Shown: piece after piece, positions 56,609 to 64,000 of the stretch
Layout: every line of letters begins with the position of its first letter
Position numbering within the stretch: position 1 is the first letter of the stretch
Source: Gemmatimonadales bacterium
GTDB taxonomy: Bacteria; Gemmatimonadota; Gemmatimonadetes; Longimicrobiales; Gaopeijiaceae
Length of the DNA stretch: 64,000 bases
Assembly (NCBI GenBank): GCA_038120095.1
Contig: JAYOKZ010000012.1
Coordinates: forward strand, 541 to 64,540
Direction of reading: 5' to 3'
Translations under genes and position numbers: made by a program
The notes under the pieces: model-generated
Told to the model about the DNA's origin: nothing
Seen by the model: the letters and a program-made list of their open reading frames with translations, nothing else
Database searches by the model: none

Positions 56609-58273
56609 ATGTCGCCGAGTAACTCTGAACTGATCGCCCGGGCGAAGACGGAGGAGGCGCCTCTTCTCCCGCTTCTGCACCGGTTCCACGAGCGGGATGG
56701 CTATCTCAGTGACGATGCGCTGCGGGCGGTGTCGAAGGGCTTGAGAATTCCCATCGCGGATCTCTTCGGCACCATCACCTTCTACCACCACTTCGCCCGA
56801 GAGGCGGGGGGATTCGAGGCACCCCGGGTCTGCACCGGCCCGGTGTGTGCGCTGAGAGGGGCCCACGAGCTGGTCGCCGGGCTCGAGGGAGCCACCGGCA
56901 TGCCTTGCAGTGGGCGCTGCGACGAGCCAATCCCGGTACTGCGCGGAAGTCAGACGTTGGTTGGCACGTCCGCCGACGCGCTAGAAATGAAGGAAACCCC
57001 GGTTCCTCCCGAGGCATCCAGATCTCACGAGGAGTGCGTCTTCACCCACATCCGGAATCCCCACCGCAAGACGCTCGCCGGCTACCGGGCAACCGGTGGA
57101 TATGCCGCACTCGAACAGGCCGTGACGTCGATGACTCCTGACGAGCTCGTATCGGTCATCGACGCGAGTCGACTCGCGGGTCGGGGCGGCGCTGGCTTTC
57201 CGACTGGCCGAAAATGGCGAGCGGTCGCGGACGCAGAGGGCGGGCCGAAGACGGTCGTATGCAATGCCGATGAGGGTGAACCAGGCTGCTTCAAGGACCG
57301 CGCTCTGATGGATCACGACCCTCACGCGGTGCTCGAGGGCATGGCCCTTGCCTGCTTCGCGACCGGGTCGCCCCGGGCATTCCTGTACCTCCGTTACGAA
57401 TACCCCGAGACCGAGCATCTCCTTGCCGGCGCCATTGCCGACGCCGAGGCGGCTGGAATCCTGGGTGACGACGTCTTCGGGTCCGGACAGGAAATCCGCA
57501 TCTATCTTCGTCGCGGTGCCGGCGCCTACATCTGCGGCGAGGAGACATCGCTCATCAACTCGCTCGAGGGCGGCCATCCCTTCCCGAGAAACCGTCCTCC
57601 CTACCCCGTGACCCACGGCTACGAAGGGACACCGACCGCGGTAAACAATGTCGAGACCCTTGCATCCGTGCCTCCGATTGTCGTTCACGGTGCCGAATGG
57701 TATCGGGCACTCGGACTCGGGGAGCATTCCGGAACCAAGGTGATCTCGCTGTCGGGGGATATCGAACGGCCCGGAAACTACGAGGTGCCGATCGGCCTGC
57801 CGCTCTCGGAATTGATCCATGAATGGGCAGGAGGGATTCCCAACGGTCGGGCTTTGCAGGCCGTGACGATGGCTGGCCTGTCAGGGGGGTTTCTCGCAGG
57901 CGATGACCTCGACGTCACGCTGGATGAACCGTCCATTCGGGCTCGAGGCTCCTTCCTCGGTGCGGGCGGCATCATGGTCTTCGACGACTCGCGAGACATG
58001 GTCGAGATCTCGCATATGGCGATGGAATTCTTTGCCCACGAGTCCTGCGGCAAATGCTTCCCGTGCCGGATTGGAACGCAGCGGCTCACGGAACGGCTTG
58101 CGGGGAACACGGGGCCCGATGACCTCACCGACTGGCTCGATGAGGTGCACGATCTGAACAAGACAATGAAAGAGACGTCCGCCTGCGGGCTGGGCCAGGC
58201 CGCCCCGCTCATCACGGAGAGCCTCCTTCGATACTTCCCTGACGCCGTGCAGTCGCACGTCGCCGGGGATTGA
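56609..58273 (+). CDS. NAD-dependent formate dehydrogenase beta-type subunit: fused NuoE-like (2Fe-2S) and NuoF-like (FMN/NAD/4Fe-4S) domains
   Basis: 554 aa from ATG at 56609, with AAAGGAAAGG upstream. NuoE-like N-terminus (LLPLLHRFHERDGYLS...FYHHF, Cys residues). NuoF motifs GRGGAGFPTGRKW, CNADEGEPG, YICGEETSLINSLEG, and ESCGKCFPCRIGT. Confidence 0.85.
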   Translation: MSPSNSELIARAKTEEAPLLPLLHRFHERDGYLSDDALRAVSKGLRIPIADLFGTITFYHHFAREAGGFEAPRVCTGPVCALRGAHELVAGLEGATGMPCSGRCDEPIPVLRGSQTLVGTSADALEMKETPVPPEASRSHEECVFTHIRNPHRKTLAGYRATGGYAALEQAVTSMTPDELVSVIDASRLAGRGGAGFPTGRKWRAVADAEGGPKTVVCNADEGEPGCFKDRALMDHDPHAVLEGMALACFATGSPRAFLYLRYEYPETEHLLAGAIADAEAAGILGDDVFGSGQEIRIYLRRGAGAYICGEETSLINSLEGGHPFPRNRPPYPVTHGYEGTPTAVNNVETLASVPPIVVHGAEWYRALGLGEHSGTKVISLSGDIERPGNYEVPIGLPLSELIHEWAGGIPNGRALQAVTMAGLSGGFLAGDDLDVTLDEPSIRARGSFLGAGGIMVFDDSRDMVEISHMAMEFFAHESCGKCFPCRIGTQRLTERLAGNTGPDDLTDWLDEVHDLNKTMKETSACGLGQAAPLITESLLRYFPDAVQSHVAGD

Positions 58274-58294
58274 ACCAGACAACGGAACGACACG

Positions 58295-61027
58295 ATGAGT
58301 GACATGACCGCATCCACGATCATCCTCGACGGAGAGGAAGTCCCGTTCGCGAAGGGTGAGACGATCTTCGAGGTCGCCGAGCGGAACCGGAAAGAGATCC
58401 CGACCCTTTGCTACGACGACCGACTCGAAGCCTTCGGCGCCTGTCGGCTGTGCGTGGTCGAAGTGGAGGGATCCCGAAATCCCGTTGCATCGTGCACGAC
58501 GAAAGCGGAGCCGGGCATGCGGGTCACGACGAAGAGCGGCTCGCTCGAGATGCATCGCCGTGTCCTGCTCGAGATGGTCGTCTCCGAGAACCGGACGGTG
58601 GACGTCGATGAGCTTTCCGGTTTCGCGTCCCAGGAGATGAAGACCCTGGTCGACCGTTATGAAGCCCGCACCGGTCGATTCGCGGGCCGCACGTCCGGCA
58701 CATCACGCCCGGACGATCCCAACCCGTTCATCCTTCGTGATTACGAGAACTGCATCTCGTGTTACCGCTGTGTCCGGGTCTGCGCCGAACAGGAGGGTGA
58801 TTACGCGATCTCGGTCATGAACCGCGGGTTCGATACCCAGATCACGACGGAGTTCGGCGGATTGCTGAAGGACTCGTCCTGCACATTCTGCGGACAATGC
58901 GTCCAGACGTGCCCGACCGGCGCCCTGGGTGACCTCAAGGCTTTGCGGTTCGCCGAGGTTGACGAGCCGGTGGAGAAGACACGATCCGTATGCCCGTACT
59001 GTGGCGTCGGGTGTGCCGTCGACATCATGACGAAAGGTGATCAGGTGGTTGGCATTCAGCCGGCCATGGATGGGCCGGCGAACGAGGGCGCACTCTGCGT
59101 GAAGGGGCAGTTCGCCTTCGACTTCGTTCACCACCCGGATCGACTGAAGACACCCTTCGTACGTGACGACCATGGGCAACTCGTTCCCGCGACGTGGGAT
59201 GAGGCGCTGGACAGGGCGGCGGCGGGCCTGCTCGAGGCCGTGAACGAACATGGCCGCCACAGCCTGTACGCAGTCGCGTCCGGTCGCGCGCCAAACGAGG
59301 CCGGCTACGTCTTGCAGAAGCTGGTCAGGGCCGGACTGGGAACGAGTTATATCGACAACTGCAGCCGTGCCTGACACGCTCCCACAGTCGCCGGTCTGGC
59401 GGCAACGATCGGGCGGGGCGCGATGTCGAACCCGCTGCGTGACATGGAAAAGCCCGATGTGATCTTCTGCATCGGGACCAACATGACGGAATGCCACCCC
59501 GTCGCAGCCACACGACTGAAGAAGGCCATCGCGAACGGTGCGAAGATGATCGTGGCCGACCCTCGGCACATCGGACTGGTGGACTACGCCGACATGCACC
59601 TGCCCCTGCGTGTCGGCTCCGACGCGGCACTCCTGCTCGGGATGGCGCACGTGATCGCCCGGGAGGGGCTGGTCGACGAGGGCTTCATCGAAGAGCGTAC
59701 GACCGAGGCCGAGGCGTTCCTCGATCACGTGCGCGAGTTCACCCCCGAGTGGGCCTCCACGATCTGCGGGGTCGCGCCGGATTTGATCGAGGAAGCGGCC
59801 CTGCTCTACGCCCGGGCCGAACGGGGTGCGATCTACTACACGCTCGGGATCACGGAGCACATCTGCGGCGTGGACAATGTGCAGAGTCTGTGCAACCTCG
59901 CTCTGATGACCGGAAACCTCGGCCGCGAAGGCACGGGGATTAACCCGATGCGTGGACAGAACAACATTCAGGGCGCGGGAGATGTCGGCGCGATTCCGAA
60001 TAATTACCCCGGTTTCCAGCCGGTCACGGACCCGGCGAACCAGGCCAAGTTCCAGCACGCATGGGGTCGGAAGGTCGATCTGGAGAAGGGAATTACAAAG
60101 GTCCGCGCGCTCGAACTCGCGGGTGATCAGATCAGGGCGATGATCATCGATGGCGAGAACACCGTCGTGACTGATCCAGACCGGGACCACTGTGAGCATG
60201 CCTTGAAGTCGCTGGATTTTCTCGTGGTCTGCGACCTGTTCATGACGGAGACCGCCGAATTCGCCGACGTCGTATTCCCAGCCACGGGTTTCGCAGAAAC
60301 CGATGGGACGCAGACAAACACGGAGCGGCGCGTGCAGCGCCTCCGCCGCGCGGTCCCGGCGCCCGGTGATGCAAAACCCGACTGGTGGATCCTCTCCCAG
60401 CTCGCAAAACGCATGGGCTTCCAGGGCTTCGACTACGGGGAAGCAAAGGACGTCTTCAACGAACTCTGCTCATTGTCCACCACGTATGCGGGGCTCGACT
60501 GGGACCGCATCGAGTACGGCGAGTACCAGTGGCCAGTGCCCGAAGAAGGGCACCCGGGGACGCCACGACTTCACGAAGACGGCTTCGTGAACGGGCGTGG
60601 CATCTTCAAGCTGATCCGTTATCGCGATCCGGCGGAGACGATCGACGAAGATTACCCGGTCTGGCTGACGACGGGGCGTCGGCTCGAGTCGTATCACTCA
60701 CGCACCCAGACCGGACGGTCATCGGGGATCGACTACCTCCTCTCCGAGGAAGTCCTGGAAGCCCACCCGGACGATGTGGCTTCGTGGGGAGTCCATGATG
60801 GCGGTTTCGTCGAAATGGCGAGTCGCCGTGGTTCGGTAAGAATCAAGGTCCGGGCAACGGAACGCTCCCCTCGGGGAACGGTGTTCAGTTCCTTCTCGTT
60901 CAACGATGTCCCGGTCAACGTTCTTACCGGTGCCGGTTACGATCCGGTCACGGACACGGCGGAGTTGAAGGTCTGCCCGGTCCGAATTCGGCCGTCACCA
61001 TCGAGGGGGAGCGAGGCGGCGGACTGA
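58295..61027 (+). CDS. fdhA: Formate dehydrogenase alpha subunit (molybdopterin), selenocysteine-containing (in-frame TGA at 59372-59374)
   Basis: Track ORFs 58295-59374 and 59423-61027 are in the same frame, with 16 sense codons between them. N-terminal 2Fe-2S/4Fe-4S clusters (CRLCVVEV; CISCYRCVRVC; CTFCGQCVQTCP; CPYCGVGC). The context IDNCSRA-[TGA]-HAPTVAGLAATIGRGAMSN aligns with the Sec/Cys active-site motif of FdhF/FdsA-type enzymes. Confidence 0.88.
59384..59406 (+). promoter_or_regulatory. SECIS-like hairpin downstream of the TGA
   Basis: RNA 5'-GUCGCC-GGUCU-GGCGGC-3' (59387-59403): a 6-bp stem with one G-U pair and an apical loop containing GGUC that begins 22 nt from the U of UGA. 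As I recall, this is the same loop sequence and spacing as the E. coli fdhF SECIS. Confidence 0.65.
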
Positions 61028-61107
61028 TCGGGGGATCGTGCCGTTTCCAGCGCGAATGAGCTGCGCCGCGGCTTGAGAGCGGCGGGCCTGAGTGGTATTC
61101 CTTCGCC

Positions 61108-61608
61108 ATGGCAAGATTGGCCGACGACAACGAGGAAGAGATCTCTCTCTTCCCCATGTTCAACATCCTCGCCTGCACCCTCGGTGTCATGGTCTTCATC
61201 CTCGCTACCGTGGCGACGGTGTCGCTTGGCGCGGACAAGGCCGTCGAGATCGTGGCGAACGTCGATCCCGGTGAGGACGACCCCCGAACACCGATCTGGC
61301 TGGAGTGGGACGGGCTGAACCTGACCCTCCTTCCTTCCGGGGAGCAGGCCACGTTCTCCCGGTCCCTCGACGAGATCTCCACGTGGGAGGCAACGTGGGC
61401 GTACATCTCCGGGGCCCTGAGTGGTACTCGCCTGGGAGCTCGGATCGCGGAGGTGGGCCTCGATACCGAGAACCAGTACATCGTTCTCCTGGTCCGTCCC
61501 GCAGGATTCGACGAACTCCCGGAGGTGCGCGGATACTTCGAATTTCTCGGTATCGACGTCGGGTACGAGCCAATCGATCCCACATGGCAGCGGCTGAGCG
61601 TGCAGTAG
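61108..61608 (+). CDS. ExbD/TolR-like bitopic protein, paralog 1 (Asn at the conserved TM Asp position)
   Basis: 166 aa. The acidic N-terminus then EISLFPMFNILACTLGVMVFILA parallels the ExbD segment INVTPFIDVMLVLLIIFMV (Pro conserved, Asp replaced by N19). The periplasmic part has the ExbD-like pattern (IWLEWDGLNLTLLPSG ... QYIVLLVRPAGFDELPEVRGYFEFLGIDVGYEPI). Confidence 0.6.
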   Translation: MARLADDNEEEISLFPMFNILACTLGVMVFILATVATVSLGADKAVEIVANVDPGEDDPRTPIWLEWDGLNLTLLPSGEQATFSRSLDEISTWEATWAYISGALSGTRLGARIAEVGLDTENQYIVLLVRPAGFDELPEVRGYFEFLGIDVGYEPIDPTWQRLSVQ

Positions 61609-61609
61609 G

Positions 61610-62299
61610 ATGTACCGTAAGACTCGTACGTCGGAGGGAGCCTCGATCCTCAACCTCGACTCCCTGATGGACATCCTGTCCTGTCTGGTCGGGGTGATGC
61701 TGTTTCTCGTGATCTATACGGTTCTGGAACTGGGCTCGACGTCCTTCGAGGTCTCCGTCCCGACTCCCCGTGACCGGCCGGTGGACAGTCGACGGGTCTT
61801 GATCGTGGCCAACGGGGGAACGATCCGAGGCCTCGACAGCACCCAGCCAGTGAACGACCTGGTCGCAGGACTGCGGACCGTCGCCATGGACGACATGAGT
61901 CAACTCTTGCGCGAGGCGAACCTCAGCCCACCGACCGATCAGCACTTTCAGTACATCCTCGACTTCGATCGCGAGGTAGCGGCCGTGGACCCGAACTTGC
62001 GCGACTTCGACGTCGAGGTGCGAGAGATCCCCGGGGAGACTGGAGATTCGATCCACCAGTTGGAGACGGGCTCATTCGATGAACTCCTCGGAACCCTGGA
62101 TCCGAACTTCGTCTGGCTCGAATTCGCCGTCGACATAGAAAGTCTGGAAGTCTTTCGGCGCGCACGCGACCTGGCGGAAGAACGCGGCTTCGCGACACGA
62201 TGGGGGCCTCTGGAGATCGAGTTTCCGGTCCGCTTCGATCTCAGGGCGGGCAGCGAGGGTCCTGCACCGCGTGGTATCTTGTCCAAGCCTCAACGATGA
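61610..62299 (+). CDS. ExbD/TolR-like bitopic protein, paralog 2 (TM Asp retained)
   Basis: 229 aa. It starts 1 nt after the paralog 1 stop. SILNLDSLMDILSCLVGVMLFLVI carries D21 at the ExbD Asp25-equivalent position. It shares IL(A/S)C.(L/V)GVM.F with paralog 1. The periplasmic domain is longer (RRVLIVANGGTIRGLD ... NFVWLEFAVDIESLEVFRRARDLAEERGF). Confidence 0.6.
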   Translation: MYRKTRTSEGASILNLDSLMDILSCLVGVMLFLVIYTVLELGSTSFEVSVPTPRDRPVDSRRVLIVANGGTIRGLDSTQPVNDLVAGLRTVAMDDMSQLLREANLSPPTDQHFQYILDFDREVAAVDPNLRDFDVEVREIPGETGDSIHQLETGSFDELLGTLDPNFVWLEFAVDIESLEVFRRARDLAEERGFATRWGPLEIEFPVRFDLRAGSEGPAPRGILSKPQR

Positions 62300-62345
62300 G
62301 CGCGCCGACCTTCGGCCTGCTCGATGACTGCGAGAGGAATACCTG

Positions 62346-63785
62346 ATGGCAACGGTCCAATGTCCGGAATGTGGCGAGTCAACCGAGTTCCCCGCTGAAT
62401 CATGCGGATCCTGCGCCGCATCTCTCGAGGGTGTGCTGTCCGTGCCTGATGATGCCTCCGAGGAGGAGCGTGAGGCAGCGGCCCGGGCATCCGCCGAAGC
62501 TGCTGCAGCCGCCGCCGCGGGAGCCGCGGCTCAGGCGGGAGGACTGAGCGGCAGCGGCGAGCGAGTCAAGCGGGTCAAGGGGTCGAATTCCGCGCTGGAG
62601 GCTCTGATGCCGGTCGCGACCGCGCTGTTGCTATCGCTGGCTCTACAGTTCGCGATCGCCAATGTCGTTGGGGCCGACACCTACATCTACCGTCTGTTCC
62701 GACCACCGGGCGGATGGGTCATGTCCCTCGTGCCAGGCCTGATCGTCTTCGTGCTCGTCTGGACCCTGACGGACCTGGCTCTGAAGTCTCGGCAGGGTGC
62801 AGCCAACGAGGGCGACCTGGACCGCAGGGAAGTTCGGGAGCTGCCTCGGATGGTATCCCAGGAACCCATCGGTGTCCTGCAAAGACGACTGCTGGGGCTG
62901 CCCGGACGTGAGCGTCCGGTCGCCCGCCGACTTCTCTGGCTGCTTCATTATCTGGAGTCCAATGCCGACCCGCAGCGAACTCATGAGCTGCTTCGACATC
63001 AGTCGGACCTCGACGCGGACACGGCAGCGGCAGGGTATCGCACGGTCAAGCTCTTCATCTGGGCAATGCCCATTCTCGGCTTCGTGGGTACGGTGCTGGG
63101 GATCTCACTCGCCGTGGGAGGCTTCTCCGAATTCCTCACGACCAATCTCGACATCGAGGACGTTACGAGGGTCACGGCCGAACTCGGCAACGTGGCCTCG
63201 GGCTTGAGCTTCGCCTTCGACACCACCCTCCTCGGCCTCCTTGCCGGACTCGTAGCGAACGTGACGAGCTCCGCGGTTCAAAAACGCGACGAGCGCTTCT
63301 TCACACGGCTCGACGAGTTGGGGCTGAGTATCGTGGCCAACCGTCAGGATGCCGAACCGGCAGCTCTTCGGGCCGTAGCGCAACCATCAAGTTCCTCGAC
63401 CAGGGAATTCGAAGGGGTCATGCGGGCCCGGCTCGAAGAAATCGACGCCCTCGTCAGCCGCACCCGTCAGGTCATGCAGGGCCTGAGCGAAACATCTGCA
63501 CGTATGAACGCCGGCCTGAGTCAGTCGATGGAGTCGGTACGTCTCACGGTCGACGAGCTCGGTGGAAACGTGTCTTCCGTGTCCACAGCGCTCGAAGCCA
63601 ACGCGGAGAATCAGGTATCGATTCAGGAGGCCATCGAACGGCTTTCGGATTCGCTCGGCTCGTTTGGCGAGGGCCTCGCCGAACTCAGAGCGGAACAGAA
63701 AGCCCTGGGGCCCGTCCTCGAACAACTCGCTGGCCCACTCGAGCTACGGCTCGTGCCGGGACGGTCTGAGAGCCCGGGGGGATAA
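62346..63785 (+). CDS. MotA/TolQ/ExbB-family proton-channel protein with an N-terminal zinc ribbon, an extra TM helix and a long helical C-terminal tail
   Basis: 479 aa with RBS GAGAGGAA. CPECG-x10-CGSC zinc ribbon (aa 6-23), Ala-rich linker, and an extra TM (aa 85-108). ExbB-like TM1 region PPGGWVMSLVPGLIVFVLVW and a cytoplasmic loop. Signature core MPILGFVGTVLGISLAVGGF ... GLSFAFDTTLLGLLAGLVANV (compare ExbB/TolQ LGLLGTV.G and AL..TA.GL). About 165 aa of predicted helical, heptad-like tail follows. Confidence 0.75.
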   Translation: MATVQCPECGESTEFPAESCGSCAASLEGVLSVPDDASEEEREAAARASAEAAAAAAAGAAAQAGGLSGSGERVKRVKGSNSALEALMPVATALLLSLALQFAIANVVGADTYIYRLFRPPGGWVMSLVPGLIVFVLVWTLTDLALKSRQGAANEGDLDRREVRELPRMVSQEPIGVLQRRLLGLPGRERPVARRLLWLLHYLESNADPQRTHELLRHQSDLDADTAAAGYRTVKLFIWAMPILGFVGTVLGISLAVGGFSEFLTTNLDIEDVTRVTAELGNVASGLSFAFDTTLLGLLAGLVANVTSSAVQKRDERFFTRLDELGLSIVANRQDAEPAALRAVAQPSSSSTREFEGVMRARLEEIDALVSRTRQVMQGLSETSARMNAGLSQSMESVRLTVDELGGNVSSVSTALEANAENQVSIQEAIERLSDSLGSFGEGLAELRAEQKALGPVLEQLAGPLELRLVPGRSESPGG

Positions 63786-63817
63786 CCTCCCGGCAGCAGA
63801 TGCCTGCCGACTCCAGA

Positions 63818-64000
63818 ACTAGCCCATGGCCCCCAGATGCGCCCCGATCATCTGGCTGACGCCGATCCATCGATCGATGATCGACCGGACCAGACCACTC
63901 AACTCGTCGAGGTCGTCGGGCTTGCGATGCACCTCACGGGCTCCGAGAGCCTGAGCTCGGTCCGAGTCTGCGGTGGAGGACGATGCCGTCACCACCACCA
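63818..64000 (-). CDS. 3' end of an unidentified gene (runs off the window)
   Basis: Hand translation of the minus strand is open from 64000 to TAG at 63818-63820: ...TADSDRAQALGAREVHRKPDDLDELSGLVRSIIDRWIGVSQMIGAHLGAMG*. The third codon position is GC-rich, like the neighbouring genes. No family recognised. Confidence 0.3.

Noticed and set aside
58295-61027. Track ORFs 58295-59374 and 59423-61027 as two separate genes, or as a nonsense-mutated pseudogene
   Set aside because: They share one frame. The single TGA falls exactly at the Sec/Cys active-site position of formate dehydrogenases, the 16 codons between them are sense codons continuing the conserved motif (HAPTVAGL...), and a SECIS-like hairpin follows.
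61108-63785. Calling the ExbB/ExbD-like trio a Zorya anti-phage system
   Set aside because: No ZorB-like OmpA/peptidoglycan-binding domain is present, and no ZorC/ZorD-type (or ZorE-G) genes are adjacent. The tail is much shorter than ZorA tails as I recall them. Only the general motor-with-tail theme is shared.
61108-63785. Calling the trio an ordinary ExbB-ExbD-ExbD TonB energising system
   Set aside because: Not fully excluded, but several features are atypical: no tonB or TonB-dependent receptor in the window, reversed gene order, divergent and longer ExbD-like proteins, and three extra modules on the ExbB-like subunit. It is kept as a finding rather than a routine annotation.
1-64000. 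Mobile elements, prophage remnants, tRNA/rRNA genes, CRISPR arrays or toxin-antitoxin pairs
   Set aside because: No transposase, integrase or phage-like ORFs were seen, and no long terminal or tandem repeats were noticed. The intergenic regions are too short or unstructured for tRNA or rRNA genes. Apart from the mraZ upstream region, I saw no obvious compositional island. GC content was judged by eye only, not computed.

Overview
GC-rich bacterial chromosomal window, densely coding, with about 59 supportable features. I saw no rRNA, tRNA, CRISPR array, transposase or integrase. Coordinates follow the ORF-track convention, with the stop codon included. Where the track ORF carries an implausible N-terminal extension, I moved the start to an internal ATG/GTG after checking the DNA.

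Layout:
- 1-33324, almost all minus strand: partial comEC, a LapA-like gene, miaB, an mtaB-like gene, an OMP plus secreted-protein pair, alr (mazG divergent), a 2-hydroxyacid dehydrogenase, asnS, recG, ftsY, a BatA-like membrane protein and an M23 peptidase.
- Within that block lies a complete dcw cluster: mraZ-rsmH-ftsL-ftsI-murE-murF-mraY-murD-ftsW-murG-murC-ftsQ-ftsA-ftsZ, with no murB or ddl.
- 33325-33686: a visibly AT-richer mraZ control region. It holds a sigma70-like promoter, 10-bp-phased GTGGG repeats (likely MraZ boxes), a second divergent promoter-like element and a strong terminator hairpin.
- 33687-56490: housekeeping, envelope and peptide-scavenging genes. These include a TPR protein, thioesterase, DUF2911 protein, GDPD, histidine kinase, a Tat flavoprotein with a cytochrome c, DUF5009 acyltransferase, mobA, fdhD, Yip1, M28 peptidase, an SSS transporter with a small subunit, M19 dipeptidase, a frameshifted response regulator/HD-GYP gene, DPP-IV-like S9 peptidase, a CheY-like regulator and a DUF4105 protein.
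- 56609-61027: an NAD-type formate dehydrogenase. It has a fused NuoE/NuoF-like subunit and an alpha subunit with an in-frame TGA (selenocysteine) followed by a SECIS-like hairpin.
- 61108-63785: the most unusual locus. Two paralogous ExbD-like genes are followed by an ExbB/MotA-like gene with an N-terminal zinc ribbon, an extra TM helix and a long helical C-terminal tail. No TonB, TolA or OmpA-type partner is visible. I flag it as a candidate uncharacterised ion-driven (5:2-type) motor module.

All family assignments rest on motif recognition by eye. No database search was run.
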